NCBI GenBank assembly: GCA_028534125.1 | Contig: CM052817.1 | Coordinates: 3,784,001-3,848,000, forward strand | DNA length: 64,000 nt | From: Lama glama | Lineage: Eukaryota | Reading direction: 5' to 3' | In this document: positions 52,901 to 64,000 of the stretch, piece by piece | How positions within the stretch are numbered: position 1 is the first letter of the stretch | Layout of the letters: each line of letters begins with the position of its first letter | The notes under the pieces: model-generated | Told to the model about the DNA's origin: nothing | Databases searched by the model: none | The model's input: the letters and a program-made list of their open reading frames with translations, nothing else | Position numbers and translations under genes: made by a program

Positions 52901-54014
52901 CACTCCAGGCAAGCCGCCCCGTCTCCTTCAACTGTCTTCTAGAACGCAGCCTGCTAGTGAGATTAGCGTTCGCCCTTATTGCAGGTAAAACGTCTGTGTG
53001 TAGCACTTTTCAGTCACAAAACATAAAAACACAGTAACTACCACACAACCAAGAACTAACACCTTATATTTACTCGTCCACTCCTCCCCGTCCCATGCCA
53101 CCGCCTCGCCAGCCAGCGGTGGCCACTAACCTGAACTGCGTCATTTGACTGTTTTAAAATAAAACTTGCCACAAATGCACACACGCTTAAATGATAAGCA
53201 CGTTGTTCAGCTGTACTTCTTGAGCTCTATAAAACGCTATTACGATGTATATAGTCTTCTGGGAGTTTCTTCTACTCAGCCATTATGTTTACTCAGCAGT
53301 ACGTTTCCAAAATTCACTAGTGCTGTATGCAGTTTATTCACCTTTACTCATTTTATAATACTCCTTTATATAAATGCCATTTTATTCGATCTCCTGTCAA
53401 TGAACATCTAAACTGTTTCCAATATTCTGCCGCTATAAACACAGTAGCTATGAACAGTCTTGTATTTGGCTCTCAGTACACATCTCTCCTGAGTGCACAA
53501 CCAGAAATGACACTGTCAAGTTACAGGATACCCAATGGTGAACTGTGGGAAATAATTTTACATTATCTTACAAAGTGGTCATACCAGTATCACACGCCAA
53601 TCAGCAACATACGTAAGTTACTGTTTAATCCACATACGAACACACAGTACTCAGAGACATGAATTTTTGTCAATGTGGTGAATGTTAAAAAAAACTTATT
53701 AGATTTAATTTGCGTTTCTCTTACCATTGATGATGAGCACCTTTTCACAGATTTATTGGCTGTTTCCTCTTCTCTGAACTACTTGTGCGCAGTTTTTCTC
53801 ATTTTTGTTAGACTGTTTCTTTTTTATGAACTTTTAGACATTCCTCACACATGGACCTTAATCCCGTGTCAGTTACATATACAGTAACTATTTTTGCCAG
53901 TGTGTGTCCCATCATTTTATTTCATGCTATCTTTTGATAAAAATGTTTAACTTTAATATGCTGAGTTTATTCATCTTTTCTTTAATTGCTTGCACTTTGT
54001 GTGTCAAGACTTTG

Positions 54015-54160
54015 CTCATCAAAATGTGGAGCATGGGCAGCATTTAGCATCTCCCAGGAACTGGTTAGAAGTGTAGACTCTCAGGCTCCCTGAATCAGAA
54101 TCCACATTTTACCAAGTTCCGCAGATGACAAATACACTTCAAAGTTTGAGAACATTCTCT
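54015..54160. mobile_element. hAT-Charlie MITE (MER5-like)
   Basis: gcagcatt..gcatctcccaggaactggttagaa..tgaatcagaatccacattttaccaag..aaagtttgagaa. Confidence 0.7.
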
Positions 54161-54329
54161 TCAGATATCCTTCCTTACCTAAAGGTCAGAAAGATACCTG
54201 TATTTTCTTCTAAAAGGTTTCAAGTTTCTCTTCTCACACCTGTGGCAGGCTCAATCTGTTCCCAACTATCCTTTTCCTCCCCTTACCATCCCTTACTCAG
54301 CCATTCCCTCCTGTCGTCATGGGATGGAC

Positions 54330-54640
54330 CTCCCCGCAGGACCAGTACATGCCCCTGCACCATTCCCCATGATTGGTTTAGCCAAGAGACTGCAGTGGAT
54401 GTGACAAACAGAAGCTTCAAAAGTGACCACGTGATTCAGCCTGGCCTCTTCTGGTAACACAGGAACAGCATGTCCCAAGTGGGGAAGCCTCTTCAGCACA
54501 GATCCCAGAGCGAGATGACACCTAGAACAGAGCCACAGCAGTGGATCGGCAGCAGCCAGTATGCGATTTGAGCCAGGAAAAATGCCTGACATTTAAGCCA
54601 CTGAGATTTGGGGTTTAGGTCATCAAAGCACAATTTCACA
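54330..54640 (+). mobile_element. Old MaLR LTR fragment (MLT1-like)
   Basis: tttaagccactgagatttgggg... 3' terminus of MLT1 type. Confidence 0.5.
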
Positions 54641-56239
54641 GAATCCAATAAAATATCCAAGTCCTTATTCATCTACAACTTACCTATACCTAGAATGAGA
54701 GAAGCAGACTGTGAAGAGGGCATCTGATCCCATTTTTCCCACACGGAAAACCAACTGTCCAGTATCACTAATGGATCAGCCCTCCACCCTGATCTGTGAC
54801 ACCCCTTCTCCCCCACACCAGAGTTCCCTACGACCTCAGGCCTCGTGCTCAATATATTCATCCTGTGCCAACATCACACTTGTCTTCATCACTAGACCTT
54901 TACACGAAGTCTTGAGATTCCTCTTCAGGAGTGTCTTCCTATTCTTGGCCCCTTGTTCTTTCTTATCATTTCAGAATCAGACATCACATTCTATGCCAAG
55001 CTCTGCTGGGATTTTGATTGGAAATGCATTAAATATACAGAACAATTTGAGGAGAACTGACTGCTTTCTAGTATTGAACAAGGGCCATTTCTCCATTTAT
55101 TTGGGTCTCCTTTTATGTCTTTCAAAAAAGTTTTGATTTTCAACACACAGACTGTGGCTGTTAGATTTATTCCCGGATACTCGGTTACAGGTTCTCTTAG
55201 GTCTTCTACACAGGCACTGTCTGCACATGACCAGAGTCCTGCGTCCCAGCACCTAAGCCCATCACTGCTGTCCTCTTACTGTGCGGGCTGGCCTCCAGGA
55301 GCGCGGTGAGAAGTGGCATCAGTGGGGCGTCCTTTGTCTTGTACCAGATTACACAGGAACCATTTCCACACTTCCTCACCAAGACTGATGTCTCTTGGTT
55401 TTCTGTAGACATTCTTTTTATTAGTCAAGACTATTTCCTTCTACTTGACGTTTGCTAAGAGCATAGACAGAGCTCAGTCACCTGTATCTAGAATTAGTGA
55501 ACAAAGACACTTTCTTCGCTAAAACCTAAGTGTGATTTTCTTCCAGCAACAGAAGCAGCTTTGTTTACTGTATCCCTACTACCTAAGTGTTCCCTTTTTA
55601 CAGATGACGAAACTGAAACTTAGAAAATTAATTTCCTCAAACAGCAAGAAAAGAGGAAGAGTTGGGATTTGAAAGCAGCAGACTGAGCTAACTCCAGAGT
55701 CAAGCTCTTCACCACTATAGACCATCTGACAACAATCACAACCACACAGAAGGAGATTTCTGGTCCTAAAAGGAATGACTTTAGCAGTAACGGTCTGCAT
55801 CTAACTGTGGCTTTCTAGGAATTACATTCTGCTTTAAGGTAGTCCCAATTTGACCACAGATTCCTTCAGGGGGCCTTCAAATCATCAAAGCAGGGCCAAC
55901 AGGGGAAAGATTAAATGAACTGAGAATTTGAAATTTAGAGTCAAAAGGTTTCAAATTTTTGAGAATGAGCTATTGCTCCAAGGACCTAAACGCCACTGAT
56001 GAATATTTGGAAACATGCCGACAGATGGCTAAAGAACACCAAGGAAGTTTCAACCTAACCAAGAGAATAGCAGGTTAGCACAGAAGTTTAAGAAGACCAG
56101 TAGGTTTAATCTGGGAAAGAAAAGCCAAACGTGCCCTGTGACCATTCACCGCCCCCCCCCCACCGCTGCACACGTCTACACGTTACCTATGTGGGGCGAG
56201 GGCTGGAGGGCGGTCACAGAGAAGAGGGAACAGGCTTAC

Positions 56240-56295
56240 CTTGTATTTCTCCACAAGGTCAATCAATGAATCGAGTCAAATCAATCAAAAATTTT
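56240..56295 (-). other. Candidate non-coding 5' UTR exon of KIAA0232 (56 nt)
   Basis: tatttttcttag|AAAATT...TACAAG|gtaagc in non-repetitive sequence about 17 kb upstream of the first coding exon; splice signals only. Confidence 0.3.
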
Positions 56296-56480
56296 CTAAG
56301 AAAAATACTGTCCAACCGCAGCAGACACTTACGTGCCACCCAGACCGCCAACCGAAGGCTGCACTGCCGGCTGCGGGAAGCGCTGAGTCAGCCCGCAGGG
56401 GCTTCCTCAGCTGCAGAGAGCTGGCCCGACCTGCCCTCTCCCAGGAGTCATCTCCAGTGACTGATGAGAGAATACACGTT

Positions 56481-56531
56481 CTAGTCTAGGTTAGTCAAGG
56501 ACTAGACTAGGTTAGTCAAGGGCTAGTCTAG
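56481..56531. repeat. 21-bp tandem repeat, about 2.4 copies
   Basis: ctagtctaggttagtcaagga / ctagactaggttagtcaaggg / ctagtctag. Confidence 0.9.
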
Positions 56532-57074
56532 CTGCATAGTCTCCACGGGTGGGCCAAGGCTGTGGCTGGGCCTGCATGGCAGCCCAGCTCCTCCCTTCTG
56601 CGGGTGTGGACCCCTGGGGTACTTGTTAATCAACATTCTGCATGCTAAACTGCCTGCAGCTGCTTTCCACAGGCCCCACCTACCTAAGGACCCATAAAAG
56701 ACCTGATGCCCCATCGGATTCACATGCCCCTTAAATGTATTTAAGTATCAGAAACCACCACCATTTGGCATACCTTTACTTTGTGCAAGACACAAAGCAG
56801 CTTAATCTGGAAGGCAATGGTGGCATGCTGTCTAGTAATTTTAAAGTTAAGAGAGTGTGACTTCAACACATGCATGAAATGATCCTCCTCATACATCACT
56901 GCTCTGCAGAAAAACCAGAATTCACAGTTCTACTCTACTGAAACCCTGTGTTTTATGTTTAGGAACACGGATATGCTAACCGAAGTTCTAGGCATAGCCA
57001 TCACTTTCAATTAATAACTCCTTTCCATTCTCTTACAACCACTACTTATATTCATTTTCAGTCTACCTCTCTTC

Positions 57075-57376
57075 AGGCCATAATCCAACGCATCATGTTC
57101 TTACAAGATGGTAATTTGGACAGAGACACACAGAGGATGCCACATGAAGACAGAGGCAGAGACTGGACTGATCTGTCTATAAATCAAGAAATGCCAAAGA
57201 CAAATACCTACCAGAAACTAGGAGAGAGACACAGACTCAGAACCTCCAGAAGGAATCAACCTTGCCAACATCAAGACTGCAGACTTTTCTGGCCTCCAGA
57301 ACTGAGAGACAATGTTTGTTGTTCTAAGTCACTCAGTTTGCAGGACTTTACTCCAGCAGCCCTAGGAAACAATACA
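57075..57376 (+). mobile_element. MaLR LTR (MLT1B/C-like), 3' part
   Basis: gaagacagaggcagagactgga...ctggcctccagaactgagagacaa...gcagccctaggaaacaataca. Confidence 0.8.
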
Positions 57377-59149
57377 GCACTTCCCACCCGATGTATGATT
57401 GAAACTGCATTTATTCTTGAACAGCTTTTATCTTGGTAAAAAGTATACAGGGCTGTGACAGTGAGGAGACAGAAAAGGCTAGTTTTGGCATCAGAAGCAT
57501 GCCATCTCTATGCTCAGAGAAAGAACACCTACTCTAGTGTTGTTCAAACCTTTCTCAAGATGGTAGAACCCAATACTATACCAGAAACAGGTTAAAACGG
57601 CACAGGTGAGGGGGCAACTGCCCAAACACCCATCTTCCTGTCACTCCACCTCCTGCCTGCAGCCATAAGTATCCAGGCTCTCTAGAATTCTTTTATTCAC
57701 CCATTTTTCATTCATTCATTCAATAAATATTCGAGCATCTACTCTGTGCCAGACAGTGCTTTCACAGCATGAAAAAAACAGCTAAGTCAAACCTCATTTT
57801 ACGGATTAAGAAACTTACAGCGTATTCAGGGTCCCAGGGTGAGTCAAGACCAGGGCCATCATGGGCCTAGGTCCGAAGCTGGTGCCCTTCCTATCACACC
57901 ACTCACCCCTCATCTAACCTGTAGATGTGCTGTCATGATTTTCAAGGATCAAAGCAAAGCCTTTTTACTGTGCATTCAGCATATCCTTCTTAATCAAAGT
58001 TTCTGGTTGAGCCATTACTGTTCACTGTCCCCACATGTCCACAGGCATTCTGAGAAGCTGACAGACCTGATGCCTGAGCCAGTGGGAAAGTGAGACCAAC
58101 CCTATCCCACTGCAGCCACCGCAGACTGCTACCTGAGCCTTTTCAAGGTGATGGTCTGCCTGCCCTGGCAAGGACTGAGTACGTTCCACTCAGGAGTCTC
58201 GTTTCCATGACAGCTTCCACCGCACGGCTAGGGGAAAAACTTATAAACACTGTTCTTAGATGTACAAGTGTGTTCTTTATGGAAATGGGAGAATAAAATG
58301 CAGAGGGGGAGATGATAACATCTAAGGGAAAAAACATTTGCCCAATACACCTATTGAGATAATAAAAATGAGGCCCACGAGCTGCACCAGAAGGTCCTCA
58401 GACCACCCACTGGCAGTGGAGGGCCAGGCCTGTGCTGCAATCCGGAGCTCCAAGCAGTGACCAGGACCGAAGTGGATGGGGGTGCCAAACCACAGGAACT
58501 AACGGAACCAAATGAAAACCAAATGATCAGTTTAGATAGCGGATGGTAACACTGTAGCTAGGTCCACGCTAGGGCCTTAGTGAACATTAAAAGGTAACCT
58601 ATGGAGCTTAGAAATGGAAAAAGGAAGGTAAGATATTCTCACAGTAGTTTCATCAAGGGAAGGTTGCAGGATGAAAGAAAGCCCGGAGAGCAAGGCTCCG
58701 AGGTCAGTCACTTGCCTGCATTGACTGTGTCCAATCTTCTAAACGTGGGCTTCTTCCTACTGCCGGGCTGATTCCCCGGAGAGGCTACATTACATCTCCT
58801 GCTGAACAGGCTGCTTTCTTGTCCTGATGACACTCACTTAAAAAAAAACAAACAGTACAGGGAAAGATCCCGATCTCACAAACCACCTCCAGGAGGCAAG
58901 CCCATCCATGACCTGGTGCTCAGGCCTCCCTGCTCTCTAGAACTTTCCTTTACTCAAGTTCTAGAGAAACTAGTGAAGCTCACTTGCCCGGAGACCACAG
59001 CTGTTATCATCCGCAATCACGCCGCCTTTATCGGCCCCTCCACCCCAGGCTCCTCCTCCTGCCCTAACTCTGCATGCTCAGTCCTTGGACTTGTCTATTT
59101 ACATTCACTTCTTCCATCGGCATCACCCAACAGAAAACTTGGGTCACAC

Positions 59150-59410
59150 CTCTGTAATTTAAAATTTTCTAGTAGCCATATTATACATTAATACTATATT
59201 TTATACAACTCAAAAGATCCAAAATGTTATCACCCCAAATAGAATCCCGGTAAAAGATTACTGAGCTATTTTACTTCCTTTTTTTCTCATACTAAGTCTT
59301 TGAAATTCAGTATGTATTTGATGTTACAGAACATCTCAAGCCAAACCAGTCACATTTCATGTGCTCAAAAGCCACACGCAGCTCATGGCTACCTTACTAA
59401 ACAGCACAGT
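59150..59410. mobile_element. hAT-Charlie MITE (MER33-like), partial
   Basis: tgtaatttaaaattttctagtagcca...cacatttcatgtgctcaaaagccac...ggctacc. Confidence 0.65.
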
Positions 59411-59580
59411 CCTAGATGGTCTCCAGCTCCATGGTTTTAAATACATCTATGTAGAGATTACTCCAACTTTCTCTTTACTCTGCTTCCCTCTTGTGAACCC
59501 AAAAATTCTAGAGCCATCAAGCTACTAGACAGTTAGGTGTCTAATTGGCATTTCAATTTATGTCTAAAAAACAAACCTCT

Positions 59581-59835
59581 GGGGGTGGGAAGGGATAAGC
59601 TGGGAGTTCGAGATTTGCAGACACTACTATATATAAAACAAATAGCAACAACAAGTTTATACTGTATAGCACAAGGAACTATGTCCAATATCTTATAGTA
59701 ACCTATAATGAAAAAGAACATGAAACAAGTATGTATGAGTTTATGTGTGATTGAAACATGCTGTACACCAGAAACTGACACATTGTAAACTGACTATAGT
59801 TCAATAAATAAAAATAAATAAATAAAATGAAATAA
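59581..59835 (+). mobile_element. Short LINE-1 3' UTR insertion splitting an L2
   Basis: L1 3' UTR with (taaa)n tail; imperfect TSD aaacctctg/aagcctctg; L2-like text on both sides. Confidence 0.85.
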
Positions 59836-61570
59836 AGTAAAAGCCTCTGAATTCTCACCACAATCCTTGCCATGACCTTCCCAATGATGGTCAAGGGCAA
59901 GTCCATGCTTCCACTGCTCAAGCCAAAAGCTCTGGCATCATCCTTGACTCCCCCCACTTCCGCTCACAATTCACACCCAGCCCATCACAAACCCTCTTAT
60001 TTCTGCCTCACAACGATCCACCACTGGGGTCTTTCACCTGTTCTGCCCTCCCCCTGAACATGGCTCTGCTCCTCAGGTATCTCCACATCTTTCCCCCATC
60101 CTTCCCCCAGGTCTCAGCTTAAAGTGTCATCTTTACCAGAAAGCCCTTCCCTGTCCACCCTAAACAGCACAACACTCTTATGTTCTACTTTATTTTTCCT
60201 GTCAGCACAAAATTTTCACTCGGCATGTGTATCCATTTCCTTACTCGCACTGTCAGTCTCTCCCAAATCCCGGTCAGGGCAGGACAGTATGGTGGCCACG
60301 AGGTAGTCAGACAGCCCCTCAGGAGAACCTGCCCTGGGGAGCCCAGCTGACTGACAGCGTCATGCTGCTATGCATTCAGAGTCACCACAGCAAGGACATC
60401 AGGCCACGAGTCCCTTAGGCTGCTCCCAGCAATGCTGACCAGGAAGGGGTACCAGGCCCTATCTGCACAGAGCCCAAAAGCCTGGCCAAGGCTGTCTCCA
60501 AACTGCCCTGGCCTGAGGCTGTTCCCGCCCAGCCCCCTCCATCGCTCCCTGCACAGGGTGACACCCCCACAGGGTCACACCTGCATGGAAGTCAGGAGAC
60601 CCTTCCTAGCACTCTTGCTCCCTCCCTCTCCTTGACTCTCACTGCCAATTCCTCCGGTAAGTCTCCTGCATGTCAAACCATCTTGGCATCTCTGCCTAGG
60701 ACACTGTAGGCAGTCAAGTACTGGGTGAATGGATACACCTGGAGGAAGGGTCAGGCAGTAGAAAGTACGTGAACTTTAAGTTGCAAAGATGGAAGTCTGG
60801 GCCCATGCTCTGCATGCATTATGTGTAACCTTAGGGAAGCTTCTCGAGACCTCGGAGCCGCAGTGTCATCCTCTGTAAAACAAAGACAGCACCACCTCTT
60901 CAAGGTTTTACCTGAGGGCCCAAACAAAACCTCACTTGCGGGAAGTGCTTTAACAAGCCTGAGCTCATTCTCCTCCTTAGGCATTTTCTGCAGCTACTTT
61001 TAAGGATCCTTTACCTTTTCCTTCACCACGAGCTCTGACTACTTTTTAATAAAGCCCCAAATAATCCTAAATACCCACTAGTGAATCCCTCATTCAACTG
61101 AGCCTAACTGATGAATAAACTTTATTTTCACTTTAGACTTGCTCTGATGGGCTTAGGGTTTATTTGACTAGATTTTAGACAGTGAAATCTCATCAGAGAC
61201 AGGTATCTTAACACTGTAACTTAAGCTGTTTCCCTAAAGCTTCAAGCACACTTAAAAAAAGGCAACAACCAATACAAAGTCTAAAACTGCAGTTCAGTAC
61301 CAATTTCTTACTAAGGTTTTTAGGGCTCTTGAAATTTTTTTTTTTTAAGTTTCTAGCAGTCTACATCATTATGGAGTTTTCCAAAAAAACAGAGTACACT
61401 GACTTTACGTATTTTAATTTAGCAGTTTTTTAAGAAGACTCAAGTGTGACGTGTGTGCACTTGTACTTGCATTTCAAAAAGCCCCTGAGTGGAAGCTCTA
61501 AACTGTGGAGGAAGTCACTCACAAGGAGCGGGGTCAGGAGGCGTGAGGATGAGGGATTCTTCCGTTTCTA

Positions 61571-61723
61571 TAGGGCTGGCTACATAATGCGTGGGGTCTG
61601 GTGCAAAGTGAAAATGCAGGCCCCTTGCACACAAAAGAGCATCAGGACTGTGACAGCCGAGCATTAAACCAAGGGACAACCCTCTGTGTCAGTACAGGGT
61701 GCTGGCTCAGGAAGCCAATCCTG
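61571..61723 (-). mobile_element. hAT-Tip100 MITE (MER45A-like)
   Basis: ggctacataat...ggtgcaaagtgaaaatgcaggccccttg...gagcattaaaccaag matches reverse MER45A as recalled. Confidence 0.7.
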
Positions 61724-62631
61724 AGCCTTTATAACTTTTATTAATCTGGTATTTAACATGAAATACAAAGAACTGCCTTCCTTGACAGTACAAAATCGCA
61801 CCACAGGACTACTTCAGAGAAAATATCCTGCCTGATGTCTAGAATTAATTTAAAAATGTAGCCACCAAGAAAAATTTTAACACGATCAATGATCATTTAG
61901 AGAAGTTAGAAACTTTTTGGTCAGGTTTTTTTTTTTTATTTTAAAGCTGCTTAGAGTAAGATGGTTTCTCACCCAAGTTTCCCAAAACATATGGATAAAA
62001 ATGCTCACTGCCTCACTGTAACTAGGAGCCCACCCCTTCCAGTTAAACAGATTCCGGCTGGTGCACTCATACCGTGGAATACTAGGCATGTTAAAAAAAC
62101 ACACAGTGAAGTAGATCTGTTTGTGCTGATATGGAAAGCACTCCAAGATACAAAGTTTAGTGTTTGTTTAAACAGAACACTCTCTACCATGACACCCAGT
62201 TTTTAAAAGCATAAGCATAAATTTTTTCTATGATAACCAAGAAGCTTATCAGTGATTTTTCAAGATGACTACAGGACAGGAAGGGGCACAAAAGAGATTT
62301 ATTTTTCATCTTGTAACTTACTATAACATCTTATAACTGCTGTTTTAGATTTTTCAACATGTACTTCTTAAAAAATAAATAGGCTTTATAAGAGTTATTT
62401 ATATTCAAAATAACACTTTGGTCAAACATACAAAATATATTTTGATAGTTTTAAATTAATCTTTACATTTTATAAAAACAAGAAATTCCTTCGATGGTAC
62501 CAGCAAAAAATTAACAAGAATACAACCAGTACTTAATTATCTATGGTGGTAATCAAAGGAAGCAGTGACAAGTAACAACCACCACCAAAAAAAGGATCAA
62601 AAAATGTGTCTATTTAATTTCAACTTTTTCA

Positions 62632-62726
62632 TGGTGACCATTCTGTAATGTATAAAAAGAACTGAATCACTATGCTGTGCACCCAAAACTAACACAATAT
62701 TGTAAGTCAATTACACTTTAATAAAA
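62632..62726 (+). mobile_element. Very short LINE-1 3' terminal insertion
   Basis: gaatcactatgctgtgcacccaaaactaacacaatattgtaagtcaattacactttaataaaa; flanked by tttcaactttttca / tttcaactttccca. Confidence 0.7.
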
Positions 62727-64000
62727 CATTCGTTTTCAACTTTCCCATCATTAAAATCTTCAGGAAAGATGCTAACAAGGAGCAAAATGTTAATCAGATA
62801 CCTTTGAAAAGGCTAGTAATTGAAGAAAAAAATAAAGAGCTTGAATAAATCCACAAACTGGGAAAACAATTTTGAAACAGTTATGTACTGGCTATTACAA
62901 TTCCAAAGGTACTTTGGAAAATGTAATTGAACTAGAAGCAAAGTCCCAGCTGAAAGGGAAAATAAACCTCTCCCCACTTTGTACCTCCCGCTGTGATTAA
63001 CAGCCATATTACCAAAAAAGAAATTTCAAAGTATGTTGAGGCCCATTTCTTTATACTCACTTATCTCTAAGTATTTTTTCCCCCAAGAGGTGACTGACCC
63101 ATTTTATTTCAAGGTGTACTGAGTGACTGCTCCCGGTGCCAGGCACTACAGACATACAGCTAGTTTCCAGTCACCAGACAACCACATACACACAAACACA
63201 CACATATACACACGCTGCCTGTATTCACAGGACTCACATTCTTTTATCACTCTAGCTAGAAATACACACACACAAAGCAACACACTCTCAAGCCGCTGTG
63301 CAATTATTAATCCTCTAACTGTCCGATTGCTTTTATTTCTAATAGATACTAGTCCATCCACTGGGACAGGCCTATCATCCCCAATTCTTGGGGACAGATT
63401 TTAAGAGAGATTTGTTAGAAATATATAGATTTCCAATGACTAAAAAAGCTCATAATCATATATGTAGTTAATGTAAGTTAAATAGCAATCAATACATACT
63501 CTTATGTTGCTGCAAGTGGAGAATTCCATATTATATTAGAACCAACAGATAATCAATCACCTTTTAAAGTTTCTGGATACAACCTGACAATAAGTCATGC
63601 ATATAGATTTAAAAATAGTAACTAAATATTTAATTAAGTTTCAAAATTACAGCTGGTTTTCCTCATCAGCTTCTCCCTATCTAGCCGGGGGGGTTAAGAC
63701 TACTGAGCAGACAAATGGAGAGACAGAGGACTATGGAGAGAGCCTACCAACAGGAAACAGCCTTGGCGATGACGTCAAAAACAACATGTCAACAGTCATT
63801 CCAAATACTAAATAGGGAGATTCTATTGCTCAATGTATAATTATAAGACATAGATTAAAATGAAAACATGTGCTTTACTGAAAATAATACACAGTGTAAA
63901 ATCTGACAATCCACTCACACTCACTTTCTTAAGCCACATGCAAAAAATCTGGCTCCCTCCAACCAGATATGCATTTTTCTGCTTATTCTCAAAACTAATC

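Larger units (their letters stand above)
53050..55460 (-). mobile_element. Fragmented ancient LINE-1 (L1ME-like) interrupted by MER5 and MaLR pieces
   Basis: Reverse L1 text at 53050-54000 and 54880-55460 (gctgggattttgattggaaatgcattaaat...). Confidence 0.65.

Noticed and set aside
54678..54712. tctcattctag GTATAG gtaagt as a microexon or recursive splice site
   Set aside because: Lies among degraded repeat fragments with no other support.
1..64000. Prokaryotic-type systems (CRISPR arrays, operons, defence loci) and the many 60-150-aa ORFs
   Set aside because: Sequence is mammalian intron/exon DNA; no spaced repeat arrays; the short ORFs are chance frames in repeats and introns.

Overview
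Mammalian intragenic DNA, probably camelid (inferred from four copies of a camelid-type tRNA-derived SINE). The window holds the 5' and central part of KIAA0232 on the minus strand. Five coding exons (38596-39095, 20660-20797, 8264-8330, 7020-7101, 1761-5043) splice at canonical GT-AG sites into an open 3801-nt frame (1267 codons). The last coding exons lie left of the window and no promoter/CpG island is visible. Introns are filled with L1, L2, MIR, MaLR/ERVL LTR, hAT and SINE relics. Main observations: (1) a 269-nt leader with 9 upstream ATGs in 5 uORFs, the last stopping 4 nt before the start codon; (2) an N-terminal helical domain resembling the CCDC43 PWI-like domain, followed by an EAFPPL motif and an RxRxxS site, suggesting a translation/RNA-control role; (3) a TSD-flanked tailless 5' half of tRNA-Gly; (4) an L1 with a probable 3' transduction; (5) a 28-nt poly(A)-only retrotransposition scar; (6) a GC-biased patch within the 3.3-kb exon; (7) candidate poison-splicing routes. 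Repeat family names, exon numbering and human comparisons are from recall, not from searches; repeat boundaries without TSDs are approximate.
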